Shown here: positions 32,139-39,994 of the stretch, piece after piece
Position numbering within the stretch: position 1 is the stretch's first letter
Layout of the letters: every line of letters starts with the position of its first letter
Assembly (NCBI GenBank): GCA_964488495.1
Contig: CAZAUQ010000006.1
Location: 1-57,683, forward strand
Reading direction: 5' to 3'
Source of the DNA: an uncultured Bacteroidales bacterium
GTDB taxonomy: Bacteria; Bacteroidota; Bacteroidia; Bacteroidales; UBA1402
DNA: 57,683 bases
Notes under the pieces: generated by a model
Seen by the model: the letters and a program-made list of their open reading frames with translations, nothing else
Database searches by the model: none
Told to the model about the DNA's origin: nothing
Made by a program: the position numbers and the translations under genes

Positions 32139-32146
32139 CAAAAATA
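32139..32146 (-). promoter_or_regulatory. -7 box TATTTTTG for ssb
   Basis: TAnnTTTG on the minus strand, 61 nt before the ssb ATG. Confidence 0.55.
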
Positions 32147-32194
32147 ACAGTAAAATATCGGAAAAACAAATGAGAAATAAACATTAAACTAATA

Positions 32195-33397
32195 TTAACT
32201 AATAATCTTGTTCGAATTAAAATCAAGTTCACTTCTGTTATTTTCCAGGTAAATATCAGTAAGTCGGGATACTGCCAGTTTATCGATGCTGTTTAATTCA
32301 AGTCTGATCCATTCTGCAGGCAAAGCCTCGATGTTTTCCGGAATAAGAATGGTAAAGAAGCGGGCTTGTATGTGTTGATGAGACAAGAGGTGGTTAAGGT
32401 CCTGCACTGAGCTGATTACCATCTCATTAGTAAAAGCATCAACCATTTTGGTTTTTTCAGACTGCAATACGACCTGTGCAGAAAGTAATTCGGTTTGGTC
32501 AGAAAGCAAGTTGGAGATCGGTACAGTCGGTCGGGTAAAAAGTAGTTCTGACAGAGCAGTTATAGCTGCCGGCCATTCAATCAATTCCGTAGTTTCGTAC
32601 AAAGGAAATTCCCAGAGATTTTGCCATATATCTTTGTTTTTGCGTTGTTGCAGCCAGGTATGACGGCCATCACTCAGACAGAAATAATTGAAATAACGTT
32701 TTTTCCGTATAGAAGCCTGTTTGCGTACAGGCCTTTTGTCGACCACACCGAGCGAAGAGGCCAGACAAATTTTTTCCAGAGGACATTCTGAGCAATCAGG
32801 CAGACCTGGTTTGCACTGCAGGGCTCCAAATTCCATCATGGCCTGATTGTGTCGGGCCGGATTCTTTTTATCGATCAAAGCCATGGCCAGTTCATTGAAA
32901 AAAGCGCCTGCCCGGCTGCTGTAAATGGGCAGGTCTATATTGAAAATTCTGGACAGGACTCGAATAACATTGCCGTCTACCACAGGATAAGCCTGGTCGT
33001 AAGCAAAAGAGGCAAGGGCTGCAGCCGTATACGGGCCAATGCCTTTTAAGCGGAGCAGAGCTTGATGATCTTTTGGAAAAACACCTTTATATACAGAAAC
33101 AATTTCGGAAGCAGTCAGGTGCATATTACGGGCACGGCTGTAATAACCCAAGCCTTGCCAAAGTTTCAATACATCTTCTTCCCGGGCTCGGGCAAGGGAA
33201 TATATATCCGGAAAGTTTGAAATGAATCGCAGATAATAGGAAAGCCCCTGGTCAACCCTGGTTTGTTGAAGAATTATTTCGGAAAGCCATATTTTATAGG
33301 GATCGCGGGTGTTTCGCCAAGGCAGATCCCTTTTATTTTGTTCGTACCATTCCGCTAAAATAAGGCTGATACGTTTTTCGTTTTGTTCAGTATTCAT
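32195..33397 (-). CDS. mutY: A/G-specific adenine glycosylase
   Basis: RDLPWR, SEIILQQT, WQGLGYYSRARN, HhH LKGIGPYTA, VDGNV; FeS motif C-x6-C-x2-C-x5-C. Confidence 0.96.
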   Translation of the reverse strand: MNTEQNEKRISLILAEWYEQNKRDLPWRNTRDPYKIWLSEIILQQTRVDQGLSYYLRFISNFPDIYSLARAREEDVLKLWQGLGYYSRARNMHLTASEIVSVYKGVFPKDHQALLRLKGIGPYTAAALASFAYDQAYPVVDGNVIRVLSRIFNIDLPIYSSRAGAFFNELAMALIDKKNPARHNQAMMEFGALQCKPGLPDCSECPLEKICLASSLGVVDKRPVRKQASIRKKRYFNYFCLSDGRHTWLQQRKNKDIWQNLWEFPLYETTELIEWPAAITALSELLFTRPTVPISNLLSDQTELLSAQVVLQSEKTKMVDAFTNEMVISSVQDLNHLLSHQHIQARFFTILIPENIEALPAEWIRLELNSIDKLAVSRLTDIYLENNRSELDFNSNKIIS

Positions 33398-33555
33398 GCT
33401 GCAAAGTAAAGAAAAAGCACGCTAAATTCCCTAGAAAAGGCAGTAAATCAGCTTTTAAGGTAAAGAAAAATAATGCCAACCATAAAATCCATACTCTTGA
33501 GAAAGAAAATAAATAAATTTTTTTTGAAAGATTTTTTTTGTAGAATATAAAGCTA

Positions 33556-33563
33556 TATATTTG
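33556..33563 (+). promoter_or_regulatory. -7 box TATATTTG for the hup-bS22-rng unit
   Basis: TAnnTTTGC upstream of ATG 33625. Confidence 0.65.
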
Positions 33564-33624
33564 CAAGCCAAAAATATAGGAAACTCACGATTTATTCATT
33601 GTATAACTTTTAATCCTTATCAAA

Positions 33625-33903
33625 ATGACAAAAGCTGATATCGTTAATGAAATTGCTAAAAGGACCGGTGCCGAAAAGGCTGTTGTTCTTTCAAGCGTAG
33701 AAACTTTTATGGAAGTAGTCAAGGAATCACTTGTAGGTGGTGAAAATGTGTATTTAAGAGGCTTTGGCAGCTTTATTATTAAGCAAAGAGCAGAAAAGAC
33801 AGCCAGAAACATATCCAAAAACACGACAATCATCATTCCTGCTCACAACATCCCCTCTTTTAAGCCGGCCAAGTCTTTTTTGAGTGAGGTTAAAGAGAAG
33901 TAA
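33625..33903 (+). CDS. hup: HU/IHF-family DNA-binding protein
   Basis: MTKADIV, VYLRGFGSF, RAEKTARNI and IPSFKPAK. Confidence 0.93.
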   Translation: MTKADIVNEIAKRTGAEKAVVLSSVETFMEVVKESLVGGENVYLRGFGSFIIKQRAEKTARNISKNTTIIIPAHNIPSFKPAKSFLSEVKEK

Positions 33904-33930
33904 TTTGTACTTACATTAATATATACACCA

Positions 33931-34020
33931 ATGCCTAGCGGAAAAAAAAGAAAAGGACATAAAATGTCCACTCATAAGCGTAAAAAAAGATTGAGAAAAA
34001 ACAGACATAAGAAGAAATGA
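33931..34020 (+). CDS. 29-aa basic small ribosomal protein, bS22/mS38 (AURKAIP1/COX24)-like; not in the ORF track
   Basis: Manual translation gives MPSGKKRKGHKMSTHKRKKRLRKNRHKKK*; A-rich initiation region; KKRK..M..HK.KKRLRK pattern. Confidence 0.85.
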   Translation: MPSGKKRKGHKMSTHKRKKRLRKNRHKKK

Positions 34021-34040
34021 TTTTCTGAATCTGAATTAAC

Positions 34041-34091
34041 AAAGAGAACAAACTTCAAGCTGTATTCAGTCTTCAAGTTTGTTCTTCTTTT
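34041..34091 (+). promoter_or_regulatory. Long stem-loop between bS22 and rng (terminator/attenuator or processing site)
   Basis: AGAACAAACTT (34045-55) pairs with AAGTTTGTTCT (34075-85), with extra inner and outer pairing, followed by TCTTTT. Confidence 0.55.
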
Positions 34092-34173
34092 AAGTGGCCG
34101 GAGTTAAGAATTTTCTTCTAATCATTCCGGTAAGGTATTTAACATAAAATATTCTCATAGTAAAAAAAAACAA

Positions 34174-35751
34174 GTGGTAACAGAACTAGTAGTAGATGTT
34201 CAAGCCAAAGAGATTTCCTATGCTATTATCGAAGATAAAAGTTTGGTAGAGTTTCAGCAGGAAAGCATGAATCTTTCTTTCTCGGTGGGGGACATTTTTT
34301 TGGGTCGGGTGCATAAAGTAATGCCCGGACTCAATGCTGCTTTTGTAGATGTGGGCTATGAGAAGGATGCATTTTTACATTATTTGGATCTGGGGCCTCA
34401 GTTTAATTCACTGAATTCCTTTACCAAACAACAACTTTCGAACAAGAAAAAACAACTCACTTTAAGTAAGTTCAATTTATTACCCGAAATTCCAAAAGAC
34501 GGACAGATAGCCGAATTACTAAGTCCCGGTCAGGAAATACCCGTTCAGATTGCCAAAGAACCTATTTCGACCAAAGGCCCCAGGCTGACTTCTGAGATTT
34601 CGATAGCCGGGCGTTTCTTGATTCTGATGCCTTTTTCAGACAAAATATCCATTTCGACCAAGATTAAATCGCCCGAAGAAAGACTTAGGCTAAAACAATT
34701 GCTGCAAAGCATCACTCCCAAAAATTTCGGAGTGATTGTTCGTACGGTAGCAGAAAACAAAAAAGTAGCCGAACTGGACACTGAGTTGAAATTATTGTTG
34801 AAACGTTGGGACGAAATTGTACTCAAGTTACAAAACAAAAGCAAGGCACCCCAATTGATTTTCGAAGAAACCAGCCGTTCAGTGGTAATATTGCGTGACA
34901 TTCTGAATGCTTCTTTCGAAAACATCTATGTCAATTCCCCAGAGGTTTACGAAGAAATAAAAAACTACGTAAGCCTGATTATGCCTGAAAAAGCAAATAT
35001 AGTCAGTGAATTCAAACGTAAAACCCCCATATTTGATTTTTTTGGTATCACCAGACAGATCAAATCGGGTTTCGGGCGAATTGTCTCCATCAAAAGCGGT
35101 GCTTACCTGATTATTGAACATACCGAAGCCTTGCATGTAATTGACGTAAACAGCGGAAATCGTTCCAGAACCAACAAAGGCCAGGAATCCAATGCCTTCG
35201 AAGTAAATATTGCTGCTGCCGATGAAGTTGCCCGCCAACTTCGTTTAAGAGATCTGGGTGGCATCATCGTGGTGGATTTCATTGATATGCTCGAAGGCGA
35301 TAATCGTCAAAAAGTGTTTGATAGGTTGAAGGAAAAAATGTCGACCGACAGGGCAAAACATAATATTCTGCCTTTGAGCAAGTTCTGCCTGATGCAAATT
35401 ACCCGGCAAAGAGTAAGGCCTCAAACCTTCGTTCAAACTTCCGAAACCTGTCCTACCTGTTTCGGCAAGGGTGAGATCAGGCCTTCCATTTTATTTACGG
35501 AAACTTTGGAAAACAAGCTTGAATACCTGATCCGAAAACTGAAATTAAAAAAATGCACCCTTAGAGTTCACCCTTATGTGGCAGCTTATATTGAAAAAGG
35601 AGGATTAAGCTCCTTGAAATGGAAATGGAGACGAAAATATGGCTTAGGCTTCAGTGTTGTAGCCTCCCAGGCTATGACTTTTCTTGAATATGCTTTTTTT
35701 GATGGAAAAAATCATGAAATTGATATGAAAGAAGAATTGGAGTTAAAGTAA
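34174..35751 (+). CDS. rng: Ribonuclease E/G family
   Basis: GTG start; S1 domain (PGLNAAFVDVGYEKDAFLH), KEPISTKGPRL, HVIDVNSG, LRDLGGIIVVDFIDM and CPTC. Confidence 0.93.
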   Translation: MVTELVVDVQAKEISYAIIEDKSLVEFQQESMNLSFSVGDIFLGRVHKVMPGLNAAFVDVGYEKDAFLHYLDLGPQFNSLNSFTKQQLSNKKKQLTLSKFNLLPEIPKDGQIAELLSPGQEIPVQIAKEPISTKGPRLTSEISIAGRFLILMPFSDKISISTKIKSPEERLRLKQLLQSITPKNFGVIVRTVAENKKVAELDTELKLLLKRWDEIVLKLQNKSKAPQLIFEETSRSVVILRDILNASFENIYVNSPEVYEEIKNYVSLIMPEKANIVSEFKRKTPIFDFFGITRQIKSGFGRIVSIKSGAYLIIEHTEALHVIDVNSGNRSRTNKGQESNAFEVNIAAADEVARQLRLRDLGGIIVVDFIDMLEGDNRQKVFDRLKEKMSTDRAKHNILPLSKFCLMQITRQRVRPQTFVQTSETCPTCFGKGEIRPSILFTETLENKLEYLIRKLKLKKCTLRVHPYVAAYIEKGGLSSLKWKWRRKYGLGFSVVASQAMTFLEYAFFDGKNHEIDMKEELELK

Positions 35752-35762
35752 TACCATAAGTC

Positions 35763-35805
35763 TTTAATAAAAAAACCGGGTTAATTGTCCGGTTTTTTTA
35801 TTAAA
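35763..35805. terminator. Bidirectional intrinsic terminator between rng and the acyl-CoA ligase
   Basis: Perfect 17-bp inverted repeat TTTAATAAAAAAACCGG / CCGGTTTTTTTATTAAA between convergent genes. Confidence 0.9.
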
Positions 35806-35828
35806 TATAGAATTAGTTCAGTAGAACA

Positions 35829-37589
35829 TTATTTGTACAATTTTTCAATACGATCGGCGTATTTTTCCTGAATTACATTCCGTTTGATTTTGAGAGTGGG
35901 GGTCAGAATGCCGTTTTGCTGATTCCATTCGTCGGCAATTAAATCAAAGCGCTTGATTTGTTCGTGAGGAGCAAAAAAGGCATTGAATTTTTTGACTTCC
36001 CTTTGATAAATGGCAATGATATCCTGGCGTTTAACCAAGTCTGCATTGTCAACCAGCGGCATATTGTGTCGTTTGCAGAAATCCTTCAGATAATTAAAAT
36101 CCGGAACAATCAAGGCGGTGGCAAATTGTTTGTTTTCGCCCAGCACTACTATGTTCTCGATAAACGGCGATTTGCTGAATTTATCTTCAATCAGGAAGGG
36201 GTTGATGTATTTGCCAAAGGAGGTTTTAAAGATGTGTTTCAACCTGCCTGTAATAACCAATAAACCTTCGGGAGTGAATTTGCCGGTGTCGCCGGTGTGG
36301 AACCAGCCGTCTTTGTCTATGACTTCGGCTGTTAGTTCAGGATCTTTATAATAACCGAGCATCACGTTGGGGCCACGGCAGATGATTTCCTTGGCATCAG
36401 TTATTTTCACTTCCACGCAAGTGAGGGGAGGCCCTACGGTTCCTTCTTCACGCTGGTTTTCACCTCTGCGGCTTACGGCAATTACCGGAGCTGTTTCGCT
36501 TAGTCCGTAACCTTCGAACACCGGCATATTAATCGCGTTAAAAAAGGCAGATTGGTGCTTTTGAATAGCAGCACCACCAGAAACAATCAAATCAAAATTT
36601 CCTCCGATAGCCTGACGCCATTTGGAATAGATTAATTTATCGGCGATTTTATGTTGCAGATTATACCACCAGCCATTCCTGCTGAGTTTGTAGTGAGTTG
36701 CCAGTTCAAATGCCCAGTAATATAATTTTTTCTTTAAACCCTTTTGAGTTTTACCTGCCAGATACAGCTTGTCGTACATTTTTTCCAGTACGCGTGGTAC
36801 TGCAGACATCATGGTGGGTTTAACTTCTTTGATATTTTCGGCAATAGTGCCAATATTTTCGGCATAATAGATTGAAATGCCACGGAAGTGATACAGGTAT
36901 ATCAGCAGGCGTTCATAAGCGTGACATAGAGGCAAAAAGCTCAGGGCTGTTGTGCTCCAGTCGGCAGGAACATTTTGAATATCAATAATCTGGCAAAGTA
37001 TATTCTTGTGACTGATCATCACACCTTTGGGCATACCAGTGCTGCCGGATGTGTAAATAATACTGGTCAGATCGTCTTCTTTAATATTAGCTTTGCGCCT
37101 GCTTACCTCTTCAGGATTGGGATTGGCATCTCCCAATGCTCGGAAATCGGCCAGACTGATGGCGTTTTCGGTTTCGTACATACAGATGAATTCTTTGAAC
37201 ATAGGATTCTCTGCCACCAGAGGCTGGAGTTTACGAACCAATTCTTTGCTGTCCACAAAGACGTATTCAATATCTGCGTGTTTTAAAATGTATTTATAAT
37301 CGCTTTGGCTGATAGTTGGATAAATAGGTACGATGATGGCTCCAATCTGCATGATGGCCATATCAAAGAAGTTCCATTCCGGGCAGTTATTACTGATAAC
37401 TCCAATTTTACAACCGGGTTGAACTCCTTTTGCCAAAAAAGCATAAGTTAGGCGATTGACTTCTTTAACATAATCCTGAATACTATAACGAACCCATTGG
37501 TGGTTTACTTTACCGGCCAGGGCTACTGCCTGATTGGGATATTTTTCCACATAGTTGTCAAGCAGGTCAAATAGACGAGTAACTTCCAT
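35829..37589 (-). CDS. Long-chain fatty acid-CoA ligase (AMP-dependent synthetase)
   Basis: IIYTSGSTGMPKGV, SFLPLCHAYER, EGYGLSET, GWFHTGDTG and LTPTLKIKR. Confidence 0.93.
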   Translation of the reverse strand: MEVTRLFDLLDNYVEKYPNQAVALAGKVNHQWVRYSIQDYVKEVNRLTYAFLAKGVQPGCKIGVISNNCPEWNFFDMAIMQIGAIIVPIYPTISQSDYKYILKHADIEYVFVDSKELVRKLQPLVAENPMFKEFICMYETENAISLADFRALGDANPNPEEVSRRKANIKEDDLTSIIYTSGSTGMPKGVMISHKNILCQIIDIQNVPADWSTTALSFLPLCHAYERLLIYLYHFRGISIYYAENIGTIAENIKEVKPTMMSAVPRVLEKMYDKLYLAGKTQKGLKKKLYYWAFELATHYKLSRNGWWYNLQHKIADKLIYSKWRQAIGGNFDLIVSGGAAIQKHQSAFFNAINMPVFEGYGLSETAPVIAVSRRGENQREEGTVGPPLTCVEVKITDAKEIICRGPNVMLGYYKDPELTAEVIDKDGWFHTGDTGKFTPEGLLVITGRLKHIFKTSFGKYINPFLIEDKFSKSPFIENIVVLGENKQFATALIVPDFNYLKDFCKRHNMPLVDNADLVKRQDIIAIYQREVKKFNAFFAPHEQIKRFDLIADEWNQQNGILTPTLKIKRNVIQEKYADRIEKLYK

Positions 37590-37637
37590 ACATTTCCTCT
37601 TTTAATGTAAAAATCATATTTCGAAATATTCGAGCTG

Positions 37638-37645
37638 CAAAAATA
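37638..37645 (-). promoter_or_regulatory. -7 box TATTTTTG for the acyl-CoA ligase
   Basis: TAnnTTTGC on the minus strand. Confidence 0.6.
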
Positions 37646-37711
37646 GACATTTAAACTATGTCTCAAGAAAAAAGTGGTCAAAAACGAAATAAAGGGACGA
37701 TTGATGGTGGA

Positions 37712-38191
37712 TTAAACACTTCCTTTCCACTCCGAATAGGGTTTTGTCTGCAAACTGGCATTAAAATACCGTGCATCTCCTGTTACTTCAGTTCCAAGCC
37801 ATGAAGGTTTTTCGTAGGTTTCCTCCTCACAGTCCAGCTCCAGTTCTGCCATAATCAGCCCCTTGTTTTTGCCTTCAAACACATCTACCTCGAAACAATG
37901 CTTCCCCTGAGGAATGTAGTAGCGGGTTTTTTCTATAACTTCAAATTCGGACAGTTTAATTAAGTCGCGGGCTTCGTCCACTGTCAGTTCGCGTTCCCAT
38001 TCGTAACGGCTCAGGCCTGATGCCGAACTTTCGCCCTTGATGGTTAAATATGCTTTTTCATCGCAAATCCTGACGCGTACACTGCATTTCGGACTGATGC
38101 TCAAATAAGCCTGTTCGATAAAAACACTGTTTCGGGCAAATTCTTTGAAAGAGGCTTTTACTAAAAATTTTCGCTCGATTTCGACTGACAT
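37712..38191 (-). CDS. CYTH-domain (triphosphate tunnel) protein
   Basis: EIERKFLV, VRVR, LTIKG, RYEWE, EKTRY, AELEL and EVTGDARY. Confidence 0.9.
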   Translation of the reverse strand: MSVEIERKFLVKASFKEFARNSVFIEQAYLSISPKCSVRVRICDEKAYLTIKGESSASGLSRYEWERELTVDEARDLIKLSEFEVIEKTRYYIPQGKHCFEVDVFEGKNKGLIMAELELDCEEETYEKPSWLGTEVTGDARYFNASLQTKPYSEWKGSV

Positions 38192-38211
38192 AAAAGTTGT
38201 ATTATTGCCGT

Positions 38212-38239
38212 CAAAATTAGAAATTTTACTTTACCTTCG
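38212..38239. promoter_or_regulatory. Back-to-back -7 boxes: TAATTTTG (minus, 38212-19) and TACCTTCG (plus, 38232-39)
   Basis: Located in the 71-bp divergent spacer between the CYTH gene and the secreted protein gene. Confidence 0.5.
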
Positions 38240-38262
38240 TTCTGTTTTTCAAATGTATTATT

Positions 38263-38742
38263 ATGAAAACTAAAATCAACTGGCTTATTATGCTATTTAT
38301 AGCTTCGGGCCTTAGCTTTATCCAGGCCGCAGCTCCTGCTACGCCCAAAGCTTTTATCAGGCAGTTTGAAAAATTTGTCGAAGAAGTGGAAGAATCACAT
38401 CAGGAATACAAGCTCGAAGATTGGAAACTTGCTGAAGAAAAATACCGGGAATTTATTAAAACCTATTATCCAAAATTCAAGGACCATTTCAACCAGGAAC
38501 AACAGGAAAAAATCAATTACTTACAGGGAAAATACATCGGATTTCTCACCAAAAGCAAGTTTAAACAAATTCGGGATCAGGCCAAAGATTGGCTGAAATA
38601 CGCTTCGGAATCTTCTGAAGGTTTCCTGGAGGCATTGTTCGGCAAAGAAAACACAGAAAAAGAAGACTCAGAAAAAGAAAATCCTGCGAAAGAAAAGACA
38701 ACAAAAGAGAATAAAGAAAACCAGAAAGGAGAGGATATTTAA
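38263..38742 (+). CDS. Secreted helical hypothetical protein (DUF6565-like) with charged KE-repeat tail
   Basis: Signal peptide; FEKFVEEVE...EDWK.AEEKY helical pattern; degenerate KExxx repeats at the C-terminus. Confidence 0.6.
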   Translation: MKTKINWLIMLFIASGLSFIQAAAPATPKAFIRQFEKFVEEVEESHQEYKLEDWKLAEEKYREFIKTYYPKFKDHFNQEQQEKINYLQGKYIGFLTKSKFKQIRDQAKDWLKYASESSEGFLEALFGKENTEKEDSEKENPAKEKTTKENKENQKGEDI

Positions 38743-38763
38743 ATTCTTCCGTGAGGATAGAAT

Positions 38764-39123
38764 TTAAAAGGGCATATCGTTGCTTCCCTGTAAATCCTGG
38801 ACAGGAGGATACTCTTCGTTGTTTTTGTAACTTGCTGTAGATTTCTCGTTGTCCTGAGCATCGGCTTTTTCGACCTTCCAGGCTTTGACGTCGGTATAAT
38901 ACCTGCCGTTGTATTCACGACTTTCAAGATCGAAAGAAACTGAGACCTGCTCGTTCAGCTTGAGAGGAAACTGGTCGATGCGGTTTCCTCTGAGACTAAA
39001 GCAAACTATTTTAGGATATTGATCACCGAATTCCAACACAAATTCCTGTTTTTTCCATTGTCCGTTGCGTCCTTCGCCGCTTTGGGCCGGTAAGATCTTG
39101 ATAATTTTCCCCTTGATTTCCAT
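38764..39123 (-). CDS. DUF3127-family OB-fold protein
   Basis: MEIKGKII, G.WKKQEFV, QYPK and SREYNGRYYTDVKAWK; tail NDMPF. Confidence 0.85.
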   Translation of the reverse strand: MEIKGKIIKILPAQSGEGRNGQWKKQEFVLEFGDQYPKIVCFSLRGNRIDQFPLKLNEQVSVSFDLESREYNGRYYTDVKAWKVEKADAQDNEKSTASYKNNEEYPPVQDLQGSNDMPF

Positions 39124-39169
39124 ATCAGGTACAGATTTAAAATCAGTTAATCAGCTGACAATAATTTAG

Positions 39170-39254
39170 CGGAGGAAGAGGGATTCGAACCCCCGGAACC
39201 TTGCGGTTCAACGGTTTTCAAGACCGCCGCAATCGACCACTCTGCCATCCCTCC
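39170..39254 (-). tRNA. tRNA-Ser(UGA)
   Basis: Reverse complement GGAGGGATGGCAGAGTGGTCGATTGCGGCGGTCTTGAAAACCGTTGAACCGCAAGGTTCCGGGGGTTCGAATCCCTCTTCCTCCG: 7-bp acceptor stem, TGA anticodon, long variable arm, TTCGAAT T-loop, G discriminator. CCA is not encoded. Confidence 0.97.
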
Positions 39255-39334
39255 ATCTATCGGAAAAGGACTTCCGGTAGATTTTTATTAAGCCTTTTTT
39301 CGCCCTTAATTTCGTTGATGAATTCTGCAGTTTG

Positions 39335-39889
39335 TTATGCTTCAGGAGTAGGAGCTTCCTGTGCGGGCTCTTCTGCAGCTTTTGCTTCTGCAGCTTCAGC
39401 TGCGGCAGCATCCACTTGTTCCTGCAGCAATTCTGCTTTCTTTTTGGCTATAGCGTTGGCTTTTGCTTTGTTAACCTCTGCTTCTTCTTCGAGACGTTGT
39501 TTGAGTAAAGCTTTTCCGGCTTGGCTCAAATTGGAAATTTTAGCATTCAGAGCTGCCTGTTTTGTTTTTTTCCATGCTTCGAATTTCTGTTCAGCAGCTT
39601 CGGCACTGAAAGCGCCTTTCTTTACTCCTCCATTGAGGTGTTTTTTCAGCAATACGCCTTCTCCGGAGAGAATGTTACGAACGGTATCGGTGGGTTGAGC
39701 ACCCGTTTCCAGCCAATACAAAGCACGATCGAAGTTCAAATCTATTGTAGCAGGATTGGTGTTCGGATTGTACGAACCTAATCTCTCAATAAACTTACCA
39801 TCTCGTGGTGCCCTGCTGTCTGCGGCGACTATGTGGTAAAACGCGTACCCTTTTCGCCCATGTCTTTGCAATCTGATTCTTGTTGCCAT
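39335..39889 (-). CDS. rpsP: 30S ribosomal protein S16 with the long Bacteroidota C-terminal extension
   Basis: [29 protein letters not shown] and GAQPTDTV. Confidence 0.97.
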   Translation of the reverse strand: MATRIRLQRHGRKGYAFYHIVAADSRAPRDGKFIERLGSYNPNTNPATIDLNFDRALYWLETGAQPTDTVRNILSGEGVLLKKHLNGGVKKGAFSAEAAEQKFEAWKKTKQAALNAKISNLSQAGKALLKQRLEEEAEVNKAKANAIAKKKAELLQEQVDAAAAEAAEAKAAEEPAQEAPTPEA

Positions 39890-39928
39890 TTGGTTTGAAA
39901 TGAATTAAAATTTTTGCATTAGCGGCCG

Positions 39929-39936
39929 CAAAGGTA
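39929..39936 (-). promoter_or_regulatory. -7 box TACCTTTG for rpsP-tRNA-Ser-DUF3127
   Basis: TAnnTTTGC on the minus strand; TTTG at 39959-62. Confidence 0.7.
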
Positions 39937-39994
39937 GGCAAAATTGTTTATTTAAATGCAAAACACTCAATATTTTTTAGTCAGAGGTGCAGAC

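Noticed and set aside
38644-38721. 15-nt periodic AAAGAA repeats as a CRISPR or regulatory array
   Set aside because: They are degenerate coding repeats (KExxx) in a disordered protein tail, with no spacers or cas genes.
39100-39170. tRNA-Ser 3' end as an integration site
   Set aside because: There is no integrase or duplicated tRNA 3' end, and a core DUF3127 gene follows within 50 nt.
39201-39698. ORFs overlapping tRNA-Ser and rpsP (39201-39698 +, 39208-39411 -)
   Set aside because: They are explained by the tRNA and the Ala/Glu/Lys-rich S16 tail.
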